Positions 1 through 11,964 of a stretch of 55,945 bases of DNA are shown here, one piece after another. The stretch lies in NCBI GenBank assembly GCA_903893675.1, contig CAITNA010000174.1, forward strand, positions 1 through 55,945. The letters are read 5' to 3'. The stretch comes from an uncultured Micrococcales bacterium. GTDB taxonomy: Bacteria; Actinomycetota; Actinomycetes; Actinomycetales; Microbacteriaceae. The translations under genes were made by a program, and so were the position numbers. The notes under the pieces were generated by a model. That model had not been told where the DNA came from. It made no database searches and was given only the letters and a program-made list of their open reading frames with translations. Numbering within the stretch: position 1 is the stretch's first letter; the number at the start of each line of letters is the position of its first letter.

Positions 1-851
1 CGCCTTATCTTTACAGTCAGCGTTCGAACCAACTTGCTTCACTTCTATTCGTGATGGATCCGAACATCCTGGATGCCTATGCAACAACCGAGCGCGGCAA
101 TAGTCACGCGCACCTCACCGGCACTCCAAAGATTGATGCCCTGGTGCGCAAGGCCGCCGAGCGTGAGGATCGCTGGCCGCTCAAGAACAAGGGCAACGTT
201 CGAATGATTTGGGCGCCGCACCACAGCTATTCGAACAGCTGGTTGAACTTCGGCAACTTCCTCGAGATTCGCAGGCAGATGTTGCGATTTGCTCGAAAGC
301 ATCCGAACGTAGACATCGTGATGCGCCCACACCCGTTCATGATGGGCACTCTGGTGTCGCGCAACCTGATGAGCAAGAAGGCTCGTCGCAATTGGCTCAA
401 CAAATGGAACGCGCTGCCTAACACCGCGATCGACACCGACGGTGACATCGCTCACCTGTTCTCGGCGGCCAACCTGCTTTTCACCGATGGCATCTCGTTC
501 CTCGGCGAATACCCGCTGGCAACAGGCAAACCGGCCATCTTCTATGAGCGAGCAGACCACTGGCCGTTCTCACCTATTGGCGAGTTGGCAGCTGCCACGA
601 CCATCCGAGTTCACAACTTCGACGAATTCAAGAAGGCATTCAAACAATTCACCACGGATGGTCTTGCCGACCGATCCCGCGAGATTGCAGCCCTGCGCGC
701 TGCTGCCCAGCCCTATCCGGGTCAGGCAGCGGCCAAGATCATCGAGGTTGTGCTGGCCGATTTCGAGGCCAAGACCCCACTTGTCGATAAATCGGTGATC
801 ACAGAGATTCCATGGGAGAACCGACCAGGAACCGAACCCGCCTGGGACTAG
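1..851 (+). CDS. CDP-glycerol glycerophosphotransferase (TagB/TagF-like) family protein, 5' truncated by the window edge
   Basis: The frame is open from position 3 (PYLYSQRSNQLASLLFVMD...). Motifs 'TGTPKID', 'IWAPHH', 'MRPHP', 'LFTDGISFLGEY..TGKPAIF' are typical of this GT-B family. Confidence 0.7.
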   Translation, partial: PYLYSQRSNQLASLLFVMDPNILDAYATTERGNSHAHLTGTPKIDALVRKAAEREDRWPLKNKGNVRMIWAPHHSYSNSWLNFGNFLEIRRQMLRFARKHPNVDIVMRPHPFMMGTLVSRNLMSKKARRNWLNKWNALPNTAIDTDGDIAHLFSAANLLFTDGISFLGEYPLATGKPAIFYERADHWPFSPIGELAAATTIRVHNFDEFKKAFKQFTTDGLADRSREIAALRAAAQPYPGQAAAKIIEVVLADFEAKTPLVDKSVITEIPWENRPGTEPAWD

Positions 852-854
852 CCG

Positions 855-1889
855 CTAAGGCTTTACGAACTTGTTGTCGAGCAGGTATTTCGCGGTCTCG
901 ACGAGCGAGTCTTCGACCGGAACAAAGTCGATGCCGAGCACAGTGCGCGCCTTGTTTGAGTTCACGCCAATGTGCTTGCCGAGGGTAGGCAGCACGGCCT
1001 TCACTTCGCCATCGAACAGCGCGAGCATGCGAATGACCGCACTCGGTGCCTTGATGGTCGAGATCTTGCGCTTCGGGAAGGCAGCCTTGAGCGCTTTGGC
1101 GATCTGAATAAAGGTGCGGTGACCGGCGCTCGCAATGAAGCGCTGCCCCTCGGCCTCTTTCATGCCAATTGCCTTGACGTGCATCTCGGCAACATCGCGA
1201 ACATCAACGAGCGAGAACGAGATGTCAGGAAGCATCGGGTCTTTGCCATTCAAGATGCGCTCGACAATCGAAACCGAAGAACCGAAGTGACGGTCAAGCG
1301 GAGCACCAACAACCAAGACAGGGTTCACGGTGGTCAGCTTGATTTCCTTCGCCTCGGCAGCGAGGTAATCCCACGCGGCCTTCTCGGCGAGCGTCTTTGA
1401 CTTCGTGTAAGCCTGACGACCAACGATGTGGTTCGGGTCACTCCACACGGTTTCATCAAATTCGGTTTTGCCCGCTGGCAGGTCGGTTCCATAAATCGCA
1501 GCCACGGATGAAGTCAGCACAACGCGCTTCACACCGGCTTCGTGTGCGGCCTTCAGTGCGCGCAGGGTTCCGTCGACGGCTGGGCGAACCAGTTCGTTCT
1601 CATCCTTAGGCGATGAAATCGGAAACGGCGATGCGCTGTGAATCAGAACGTCCATGCCCTTGAGCGCTGCCGACCATCCGTGATCGCTTTCGAGGTCGAG
1701 CTCAACGAAACTGAGTTTCTTGTCGAGGGCGAAACCCTCTGGCAGGTGCGCCTTCATCGCGGCGTGCACTTCGTCGGCCTTGGCCGAGTTGCGCACCGAT
1801 GCGCGAACCGAGTAGCCATCTGCCAAAAGGCGCAGGGTGATGTGCTTGCCGATGTAACCGCTTGCTCCGGTGAGCAGAACTTTCTTCAT
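855..1889 (-). CDS. NAD-dependent epimerase/dehydratase (aldehyde reductase / dihydroflavonol-reductase-like extended SDR)
   Basis: N-terminal TGASGYIG Rossmann motif, HSASP, TSS, catalytic YxxxK (YTKSK), 'VDVRDVAEMH'. Confidence 0.9.
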   Translation of the reverse strand: MKKVLLTGASGYIGKHITLRLLADGYSVRASVRNSAKADEVHAAMKAHLPEGFALDKKLSFVELDLESDHGWSAALKGMDVLIHSASPFPISSPKDENELVRPAVDGTLRALKAAHEAGVKRVVLTSSVAAIYGTDLPAGKTEFDETVWSDPNHIVGRQAYTKSKTLAEKAAWDYLAAEAKEIKLTTVNPVLVVGAPLDRHFGSSVSIVERILNGKDPMLPDISFSLVDVRDVAEMHVKAIGMKEAEGQRFIASAGHRTFIQIAKALKAAFPKRKISTIKAPSAVIRMLALFDGEVKAVLPTLGKHIGVNSNKARTVLGIDFVPVEDSLVETAKYLLDNKFVKP

Positions 1890-1934
1890 GGTTTGCGCCT
1901 TTCGGTTGCGATGTGCCTTTTGCGAGTGATGAAG

Positions 1935-3419
1935 CTATTCAGAAACTGGAGCAGCCGGTGCACCGTGCAACTGAATGCGACGTGGTAGTGCAAACACGAG
2001 CAACAGTGCTGCAGTCACCAGGATGACCGCCATCAGCATTCCGTTGGTGGTTCCGGTCACCAGCATCTTTGAGTAGTCCTGCGGGCCACGGATCTGGTCT
2101 TTGTGAATCGCACCGAAGATCAGCGAGCCGACCACGGCAACACCGATTGCGGTTCCCATGCGCTGCATGGTCTGAACCACACCGCTGGCGGCACCAGCCT
2201 CAGAGTTCTCAACGGTGGCCACGATGAACTGCACGTTCGGAGCCAGGAAGCAGCCGTTGCCGGCGCCAGCAATAAGCAGGAACGGCAGGAACATCCAGTT
2301 GTTCATGTCGGCGGTGGCCACGTTGTTCATGATCAGCCAGATGCCAACAAGACCAACGACCATCAGCACCGAGCCAATGACGAGCACCGAGCGGCCGAGC
2401 TTGGCAGCCCACTTCGAACTCTGCGACGAGAAGATTGCGGTGCCGAGTGCGAACGGCAGCGTCAAGAGGCCCGACTCAAGCGCGGTGTGGCCGAGGCCAA
2501 CCTGCCAGAAGATCGAGATGGTGAAGAAGATTGAGGTGAAGCCCGCGAAATAAACCAGCGCGAGCACCGAACCGAGCGAGAAGCTCACGTGGTGAAAAAG
2601 CTTTGGTGGCACGAGTGCCGAACCACCGCGACGAGTGAAGATGACCTGCCACAAACCGAACAGCGCTACTCCACCGACGCCAGCAGCCATCGTCCACCAG
2701 GTCCAGGCTGGCCAACCTTCTTGCTGACCCTGGATGAGGGGAATCAAAATCGCGGTTAGCGCCGCACTCAAAATTGCAACGCCGAGCCAGTCCATGCGGT
2801 TGCTGCGATCTGCGTGTGCATCGCCGGCAGGCAACAAACGAATCGCAAGGAACGCGACGATGATGCCGATCGGAAGGTTCACGAAGAAGACCCAACGCCA
2901 TCCCTGCTCAACACCGAAAGCTTGGATGATTAAACCGCCCGAGATAACACCGAGCGCGCTCGAGATGCCGATAACCGAACCCATGATTGCGAAGGCCTTG
3001 CCGCGCTCGCGACCTTGGAACAAAAGTTGAATGAAGGCGGCAACTGCCGGAACGTAGATTCCGCCGGCGAGACCCTGAAGCACGCGACCGACGACGATGT
3101 CGAACTCGTTCTGTGCGAAACCGCAGTAAGCACTGGCAACGGTGAACAGAACCAGACCAATGATGTAGACCCACTTGTGACCGAAGCGGTCACCCAAGCG
3201 ACCTGCCGGAATAAGCGCCAGACCGAAGGTCAACGCATAGCCCGAGATGATCCACGAGAGCGTCGATTCGCTAGCGCTGAGGCTGGTGCGAATCGAAGGC
3301 AGAGCCACGTTCACGATGGTTGCGTCGATCAGGGCCATGAACATGCCACCCAACACAATTGCGAGGGCTAGCCATGAGCGGCGCGGGGCAGGCGAAAACT
3401 GAGGTGCTTGATTGGTCAT
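1935..3419 (-). CDS. MFS drug:H+ antiporter, DHA2 (EmrB/QacA-like, ~14 TM)
   Basis: 'DATIVNVALPSI', motif A 'GRLGDRFGHK', 'WRWVFFVNLPIG'; 494 aa, hydrophobic. Confidence 0.9.
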   Translation of the reverse strand: MTNQAPQFSPAPRRSWLALAIVLGGMFMALIDATIVNVALPSIRTSLSASESTLSWIISGYALTFGLALIPAGRLGDRFGHKWVYIIGLVLFTVASAYCGFAQNEFDIVVGRVLQGLAGGIYVPAVAAFIQLLFQGRERGKAFAIMGSVIGISSALGVISGGLIIQAFGVEQGWRWVFFVNLPIGIIVAFLAIRLLPAGDAHADRSNRMDWLGVAILSAALTAILIPLIQGQQEGWPAWTWWTMAAGVGGVALFGLWQVIFTRRGGSALVPPKLFHHVSFSLGSVLALVYFAGFTSIFFTISIFWQVGLGHTALESGLLTLPFALGTAIFSSQSSKWAAKLGRSVLVIGSVLMVVGLVGIWLIMNNVATADMNNWMFLPFLLIAGAGNGCFLAPNVQFIVATVENSEAGAASGVVQTMQRMGTAIGVAVVGSLIFGAIHKDQIRGPQDYSKMLVTGTTNGMLMAVILVTAALLLVFALPRRIQLHGAPAAPVSE

Positions 3420-3436
3420 GGTTAGAGATAACCATG
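3417..3436. promoter_or_regulatory. Inverted repeat overlapping the MFS start codon (candidate repressor operator)
   Basis: CATGGTTA-gaga-TAACCATG, perfect 8-bp arms. Confidence 0.45.
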
Positions 3437-3458
3437 GTCAGGCCTCTTTATTCCGCAG

Positions 3459-3491
3459 AACCGCTTAGGAACAGCGATATAACCGCTTAGG
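3459..3491. repeat. 11-bp direct repeat in a divergent promoter region
   Basis: AACCGCTTAGG at 3459-3469 and 3481-3491 with a related 11-mer (AACAGCGATAT) between them. The second copy overlaps a TAGGCT -10 (3488-3493). Confidence 0.55.
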
Positions 3492-3499
3492 CTCGAACA

Positions 3500-3964
3500 A
3501 TGGCCGGAAAAATCGACTTCAAAAACGTCTCAACCTCGGGGCTCGAGAGCTCACCTCACGCAGATGCACTAGCCGGCCTTCGCGCCAACGAGGCTCGCTA
3601 CTTCAAGAACAAGTACGACATCGACTTCACCACCAAGCCGGCCGACAAAGCCGCCAAGTTGGTCAAGTATGTGAACAAGGTGCTGCTCGAGCGCGACATC
3701 GTGTTCGCATCCAAGCCTCTCGAGGTTTGCGAAATGATGATCGACACCACTCGCTGGACTTACGTCTTCTATGAAAGCGGCCTGGCCGTAAACGTGCTTT
3801 ACGACACCGAGCCGGGCGGCAAGCGCGCGGTTGGCTTCAAACTTTGCAAGGGCATGGATGTGCCAGACGAGCTTGTTCAGAAGTTCAAGTTCGTGCGCCA
3901 GAAGTCGACCCTCGCGGGTGAAATCCGCGGCTCTTACTTTGTCGTCAAGGGCGAATACAACTAA
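3500..3964 (+). CDS. Conserved hypothetical protein, probably leaderless
   Basis: 154-aa ORF with host-like codon usage and a 'LAGLRANEARYF' block. TAGGCT lies 6 nt before the ATG. Confidence 0.75.
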   Translation: MAGKIDFKNVSTSGLESSPHADALAGLRANEARYFKNKYDIDFTTKPADKAAKLVKYVNKVLLERDIVFASKPLEVCEMMIDTTRWTYVFYESGLAVNVLYDTEPGGKRAVGFKLCKGMDVPDELVQKFKFVRQKSTLAGEIRGSYFVVKGEYN

Positions 3965-4789
3965 TTAGTTGCTTGCGGTTTTGCGTTCAGTCTCCCCGCG
4001 CGGAATCCACGGAATGATCGAGCTCACGCGCTTCTGATATTCCTCATACTCCGGATATTTCGAAGCCGAGATCTGTTCGGTGAATCGCGTTGAACCGATA
4101 AACAATCCGGTTAGTGCAACAACACCAATCCAGTTGTAACCGGTGATGCCAACTTGAACCGCGCTGAACAAAAAGACAACCCACCACTGCGAAACCTCTG
4201 CGAAAAAATTCGGGTGGCGACTAAACGCAAATAGTCCGCCGGTGAAAAAGCCTGGGCGAACTTCGCGACCGGCAGCCTTCTCGGCCTTCTTGAACTGGTG
4301 AAAGTTCCACTGCTGCTGATCTGCGATGGTTTCGATCGAGAGCAGCACGAGGAACAAAACCACGAGCCACGCGTCAACCGAATCGAACGAACCACCCGAC
4401 TGTGCCAGTGCCCACATCGGCGTCGTGATCAAAAACAGAATCACGTTCTGCGCAATCACGATGAAACCGATGTTGAAAATCTGGTACTGCAGCGGGCTCA
4501 TGCCCTTGCGCAGCACCTCCCAGCGGTAGTCCTCGCCACCTGAGCGATAGCCGCCCTTGCGCGCGAAGTTGAAGGTGAGCCTTGCTCCCCAGAGCGTAAT
4601 CAGCGCCGCCATGGCGTTGAGTCGTACATCCGTGAACGAAGCGCCAGAAGCCCACACCCATGCATAGACCGCAGGCACGACTGACCAAATGCGGTCGACC
4701 CACGAGGTGTCTTTAGTCGGGATGCTCAGAAACCAGGTGAGAAAGCAGGTAACGCCGAGCACCCAGAGATTGATATCGAGAGAGCTCAT
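3965..4789 (-). CDS. DUF1295 / steroid 5-alpha-reductase-like membrane protein
   Basis: 'SWVDRIWS', 'WGARLTFNF', 'GEDYRW', 'ETIADQQQWNF', 'GLFAFSRHPNFFAE', 'YEEYQKRVS.IIPW'. Confidence 0.85.
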   Translation of the reverse strand: MSSLDINLWVLGVTCFLTWFLSIPTKDTSWVDRIWSVVPAVYAWVWASGASFTDVRLNAMAALITLWGARLTFNFARKGGYRSGGEDYRWEVLRKGMSPLQYQIFNIGFIVIAQNVILFLITTPMWALAQSGGSFDSVDAWLVVLFLVLLSIETIADQQQWNFHQFKKAEKAAGREVRPGFFTGGLFAFSRHPNFFAEVSQWWVVFLFSAVQVGITGYNWIGVVALTGLFIGSTRFTEQISASKYPEYEEYQKRVSSIIPWIPRGETERKTASN

Positions 4790-4795
4790 GGTTGC

Positions 4796-5602
4796 CTAGT
4801 TCTTGGTTAGGAGCGGAGCGAGAACGCCGCTGAATACCTGCCATGCGAGTGCGGTCTTAGCAACCAAGCTCAGGGTGATGTATGAACGCTCACCCTGCAG
4901 GTAGTTCGACCACTTGCCGACCTTCTTGTATTGCAACCACTGGTTGATTGCGAAGGTGTTGAACGCGATGAAGATCGAAACCATGATTCCAATTACGAAA
5001 CCAGGGGTCTTGCCCGCGTGAGTTGCGCCTGGCTGAATCGTCATAAAGAACACGCTGAACCAAGGAACGATTCCGACCATTGAGCCGAAGATGAATGGCA
5101 GCAGTTTGTTGTTTCCTGGGGTTTCGTACTTCTCCTGCAGTGCACCGAACAAAATCATCGCTGCGTTGAGCGCGAAGATTGCAAAAAGTGCGTTGATGTC
5201 GGTGACGCCGACGAGCTGCGCGATCAAGAAAATCATGATCGATGCGCTGAGTGAATATTCCGTCCAGCGGAAGTAGTTGTGGTTCTTCAGCAGACCGTTC
5301 TTGTAACGGTCGAAGAAGATTGGGCTGGCGATCAAGAAGTGGAAGACCGCGCTGAGGCCCAAGAAGCCGACCAGTGCGTAACCCATGTTCACGTCGAACA
5401 GGTGAACGCGCTCTGGAGGAATTGGTGAACCCGGAGGGCCTGCCATGTAGTCGGCGGTTACGCCGAACTGTGCCTGTGCCTTTAGCGCGGTAATGATCAC
5501 TGCCATCGCAATTGCCTGAGCTGCGTGACCGAAGCCGGCAACGATGTTGTAAACGCGCAGTCGTCGAAGTTGGGTCTCGGTGTCTCGAACCTTCTTGGCC
5601 AT
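4796..5602 (-). CDS. Heliorhodopsin
   Basis: 7 hydrophobic segments, basic N-terminus, TM1 His (GFGHAAQ), TM2 His (VFHFL), TM3 'RWTEYSLS', TM7 'SLVAK' with the retinal-binding Lys. RBS AAAGGAG upstream. Confidence 0.95.
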   Translation of the reverse strand: MAKKVRDTETQLRRLRVYNIVAGFGHAAQAIAMAVIITALKAQAQFGVTADYMAGPPGSPIPPERVHLFDVNMGYALVGFLGLSAVFHFLIASPIFFDRYKNGLLKNHNYFRWTEYSLSASIMIFLIAQLVGVTDINALFAIFALNAAMILFGALQEKYETPGNNKLLPFIFGSMVGIVPWFSVFFMTIQPGATHAGKTPGFVIGIMVSIFIAFNTFAINQWLQYKKVGKWSNYLQGERSYITLSLVAKTALAWQVFSGVLAPLLTKN

Positions 5603-5623
5603 GGTGCTCTCCTTTGAGTCGCT

Positions 5624-5665
5624 GGGTTTCCCCGCTTGGCGGGTTTCCCCTCCCTACTGAAACTA
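5624..5665 (-). promoter_or_regulatory. Putative heliorhodopsin -10 element and tandem GGGGAAACCC repeats in the 5' UTR
   Basis: TAGTTT on the minus strand at 5660-5665; GGGGAAACCC at 5641-5650 and 5624-5633. Confidence 0.4.
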
Positions 5666-5713
5666 GGGGCATTTTTGGCTTATTCCCCGCAACTGGAGTG
5701 GTTCAATAGCGAC

Positions 5714-6547
5714 ATGAGCGAAACCACTTCGAACTACGGCAATTCTGACCTCGGCCACATCGAGCGAATCAACCTCGGAGGCCGCGACCTCGTAATCTGG
5801 GTTCCAGCCAAACTGGCGGCCCACACCCCCATCCTGATTGCCCACGACGCGCAAAGCTACATCGTTCCCGCCGAAGAGACCTGGAACGGCCAGAACTGGG
5901 GCGTCATCGAAGCCCTCGAGTCGGGCCGAATCAAACCGACCAAGGATGGCCTGCTGCCGCTAATCGCCTCGGTCGTGCTGCTCGACACCGCGCTGCGCAT
6001 CAACGAACTGATGCCCGAAGACTTCGTGCACGCGCATCCTGGCTTCTGGGATGACAAGACCAGCCCAAGAATGACCGAAAGCCGCGCCCTGATGGGCAAT
6101 GCCTATGCCGACGCCGTCGCGCGCGATGTCGTTCCGGCCCTGTGCGAGCGCTTCGGAATCGAGCACCACATGGACCGAACCGCAATTTCGGGCTCAAGCA
6201 TGGGCGGATTGGCCGCACTTTATGCGGTTGCCCGTCATCCTGAGGTTTATGGCACCGCCCTGGCCTATTCGACCCACTGGCCAATTGGCGGAAACGACCT
6301 GGTCGACTACCTAGTCGACGCCCTGCCGAACGACGGCCACCACCACTTCTATATAGATGCAGGCGATCTCGAGCTAGATGCCGCCTACCCGCCTTTGCTT
6401 GAGCGCGCGACCCAGCGCCTATTAGACCGCGGGATGCACCGCGAGCGCGATTTCGTAACCAAGGTGATTGCCGGCACCGGCCACAAGGAAGAGTGGTGGG
6501 CGATGCGCGTTGATGCCGTTACCAACTGGTGGTTGGCCCAGATCTAG
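5714..6547 (+). CDS. Alpha/beta hydrolase-fold esterase (IroE/Fes-like putative esterase family)
   Basis: Nucleophile elbow GSSMGG, 'YIDAGDLE', C-terminal His 'GHKEEWW'. ATG at 5714 preferred over the track's TTG at 5636. Confidence 0.8.
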   Translation: MSETTSNYGNSDLGHIERINLGGRDLVIWVPAKLAAHTPILIAHDAQSYIVPAEETWNGQNWGVIEALESGRIKPTKDGLLPLIASVVLLDTALRINELMPEDFVHAHPGFWDDKTSPRMTESRALMGNAYADAVARDVVPALCERFGIEHHMDRTAISGSSMGGLAALYAVARHPEVYGTALAYSTHWPIGGNDLVDYLVDALPNDGHHHFYIDAGDLELDAAYPPLLERATQRLLDRGMHRERDFVTKVIAGTGHKEEWWAMRVDAVTNWWLAQI

Positions 6548-6631
6548 GGCTTTTTGGGCATTCGAGCCAGCTCGGATGTCGGGGGCTGGGCCGAAACTAG
6601 GCCCAGGATGAGCGTGAAAAATCACATTTTG

Positions 6632-6653
6632 GCGACACGCCACGCGACACGCC
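6632..6653 (+). promoter_or_regulatory. Tandem GCGACACGCC repeat (contains the GACAC WhiA-type core)
   Basis: Exact 10-mers at 6632-6641 and 6644-6653 upstream of nrdH. Confidence 0.4.
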
Positions 6654-6710
6654 CAGCCAATCCGCAGGTTTTGCCCCAAAAGGAGCAGAATTGGCGAGCA
6701 ACACGAAAAA

Positions 6711-6757
6711 ACACAAGATACAGGTGCTTTTTCGGCTTTTGGCACTACATCTAGTGG
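6711..6757 (+). promoter_or_regulatory. Tandem NrdR boxes
   Basis: ACACAAGATACAGGTG (6711-6726) and GCACTACATCTAGTGG (6742-6757) match acaCwAtATaTwGtgt, start 31 bp apart and lie upstream of nrdHIEF. Confidence 0.85.
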
Positions 6758-6855
6758 TTTTCGTGCTACTGTGAACGAGCGTCAAACGCAAAGAATTCAA
6801 AAAATCAGCAATTTCGGGGGTCTAAAGCCACCGGCGACTCACAGGAGAGCGTCAA

Positions 6856-7089
6856 ATGTCAGAAGTAGTCAAGGTCTACAGCCTTCCATCATGCGTACAG
6901 TGCGAGAGCACCAAGCGCCTGCTGAAGAGCATCGATGTCGAGTTCGAAGAGGTCGACATGAGCCAGGATCCTGTAGCCCTCGAGATGGTCAAGTCTCTTG
7001 GCTACGCAGCTGCTCCTGTTGTCATCGCTGGCGATGAGCACTGGAGCGGCTTCCGCATGGACCGCATCAAGGCTCTCAAGACCGCTTAA
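6856..7089 (+). CDS. nrdH: Glutaredoxin-like protein NrdH
   Basis: CVQC motif, 'APVV', 'WSGFR'; first gene of the nrd operon; RBS CAGGAG. Confidence 0.95.
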   Translation: MSEVVKVYSLPSCVQCESTKRLLKSIDVEFEEVDMSQDPVALEMVKSLGYAAAPVVIAGDEHWSGFRMDRIKALKTA

Positions 7090-7097
7090 GCACCATC

Positions 7098-7486
7098 GTG
7101 TACGACGTCGTCTATTTCTCGAGCGTCTCTGAGAACACGAAACGACTCGTCGAAAAACTAGGTCTCACGGCAGTGCGGATTCCGCTCAAAACCGAAGAGG
7201 CCGAACGCTTTACCTATGACCGCGACAGCGTGCTCATAGTCCCGACTTACGGATCAGGCGAAGAGAAGACCACCGTTCCAAAACAGGTGATCAAGTTCTT
7301 GAATAATCCGGAGAATCGGAAACACATCAAAGGTGTTGTTGCAACGGGCAACACCAACTTCGGAAGCTCATACGGGTTAGCCGGAGTCATCGTGTCAGAG
7401 AAACTCGGTGTGCCGCTCATCCAGCGCATCGAAATCTTGGGCACACCCGAAGACATAACGCAGTTAAAGGAAAGGCTGACAAAGCT

Positions 7487-7502
<16 letters not shown>
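7098..7502 (+). CDS. nrdI: Class Ib RNR flavodoxin NrdI
   Basis: '[10 protein letters not shown]', 'PTYG', '[10 protein letters not shown]', 'GNTNFG'. Confidence 0.95.
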
Positions 7503-10649
<3,147 letters not shown>

Positions 10650-10660
10650 GCAACAAACGA

Positions 10661-10688
10661 GACGACCGGGGGCAACCTCGGTCGTTTT
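10661..10688 (+). terminator. Hairpin after nrdF (probable intrinsic terminator, short U tract)
   Basis: GACGACCGGGG-GCAA-CCTCGGTCGTT followed by TTCG. Confidence 0.6.
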
Positions 10689-10704
10689 CGCATCCGGAGG
10701 AAAA

Positions 10705-11934
10705 ATGAGCAAGGCAAGCAAGCGTCCACTTCGCGGCCTTGCCCTGCTCGGCCCCGCTATTGTTGCCGGCGTTGCCTATCTCGACCCAGGCAATGTGGCC
10801 ACGAACCTCAGTGCTGGCGCGGCCTATGGCTTCACGCTCACCTGGGTCATTGCCCTTGCAACCATCACCGCCTGGCTGGTGCAATACCTGTCGGCCAAGC
10901 TGGGCTTGGTTACCGGGCGAACCGTGCCCGAGTTGCTCGGTGAGCGCTTTCGCACGGATGGTCGGCGCATCGGTTTTTGGGTGCAGGCCGAAGTCGTTGC
11001 GATTGCTACCGATGTCGCCGAGGTAATCGGTGGCGCGATTGCGCTGAACCTGCTTTTCGATCTGCCGGTACTCGTCGGCGGCGTGATCACCGGCGTCATC
11101 TCGATGTTGCTTCTCGGTTTGCAATCGCGCGGTTTGTTGCGCGTGTTCGAGGTGGTCATCCTAGGTTTGGTTTTGGTGACAGGCGTTGGCTTTTTCGCCG
11201 CACTCGTGATTGCACCGCCCGATGGTTCGCAGATTGTTTCTGGTTTGGTGCCGCACTTCAGCGATTCGGGTTCGGTGCTGCTGGCTGCAGGCATGGTTGG
11301 CGCGACCATCATGCCGCACGCAATCTATGCGCACTCTGCGCTTAGCCGCGATCGTTTCGCAGGGATCATCGACACAAGCAACATCAAGCGCCTGCTTCGC
11401 GCAACCAAGTGGGACGTCACCATCGCGATGGTCATCGCCGGTTCAATCAATCTCGCGATTTTGTTCATGGCTGCAACTTCGCTTGCCGGTGTGCCGATTG
11501 CCAATTCGATTTACACCGCTTATCTCGCCTTGAACGCAGATCTCGGTCACACAGTTGCCGCTTTGTTTGCCTTCGGCCTGCTTGCCTCTGGTTTGGCCTC
11601 GAGTTCGGTCGGCACCTACGCCGGCGGTGTCATCAGCTCGGGGCTTCTTCGCCGCAAGTGGTCACCACTTGTGCTTCGCGCTATCACCTTGGTTCCGGCC
11701 CTGCTCGTGCTCGCGTTCTCAGCCGATGCCACCTCGGCCCTGGTCTACTCGCAGGTGTTGCTGAGCTTCGGCATTCCGTTTGCACTTTTCCCACTCGTGC
11801 GCCTCACCTCAGATGCCAGCCTGATGGGTTCGAACGCAAACAGTCGGGTCACGCGCATCCTAGGTTTTGCGGTTGCTGTGGTGATCAGCGCCCTGAACGT
11901 GTATCTGCTCGCGGTGTCGGTTTTCGGGCACTAA
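10705..11934 (+). CDS. mntH: Nramp-family Mn2+/Fe2+ transporter
   Basis: TM1 'YLDPGN', TM6 'GATIMPH', 'SQVLLSFGIPFAL'; RBS GGAGG. Confidence 0.93.
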   Translation: MSKASKRPLRGLALLGPAIVAGVAYLDPGNVATNLSAGAAYGFTLTWVIALATITAWLVQYLSAKLGLVTGRTVPELLGERFRTDGRRIGFWVQAEVVAIATDVAEVIGGAIALNLLFDLPVLVGGVITGVISMLLLGLQSRGLLRVFEVVILGLVLVTGVGFFAALVIAPPDGSQIVSGLVPHFSDSGSVLLAAGMVGATIMPHAIYAHSALSRDRFAGIIDTSNIKRLLRATKWDVTIAMVIAGSINLAILFMAATSLAGVPIANSIYTAYLALNADLGHTVAALFAFGLLASGLASSSVGTYAGGVISSGLLRRKWSPLVLRAITLVPALLVLAFSADATSALVYSQVLLSFGIPFALFPLVRLTSDASLMGSNANSRVTRILGFAVAVVISALNVYLLAVSVFGH

Positions 11935-11964
11935 GGGTGGCCGGTCGGCGTTAGATTTGACCCA

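Noticed and set aside
3500-3964. Possible phage-derived gene (from memory, similar proteins carry a 'phage tail' label)
   Set aside because: No integrase, att sites or other phage genes nearby, and codon usage is host-like. The label is unverified, so it is left as hypothetical.
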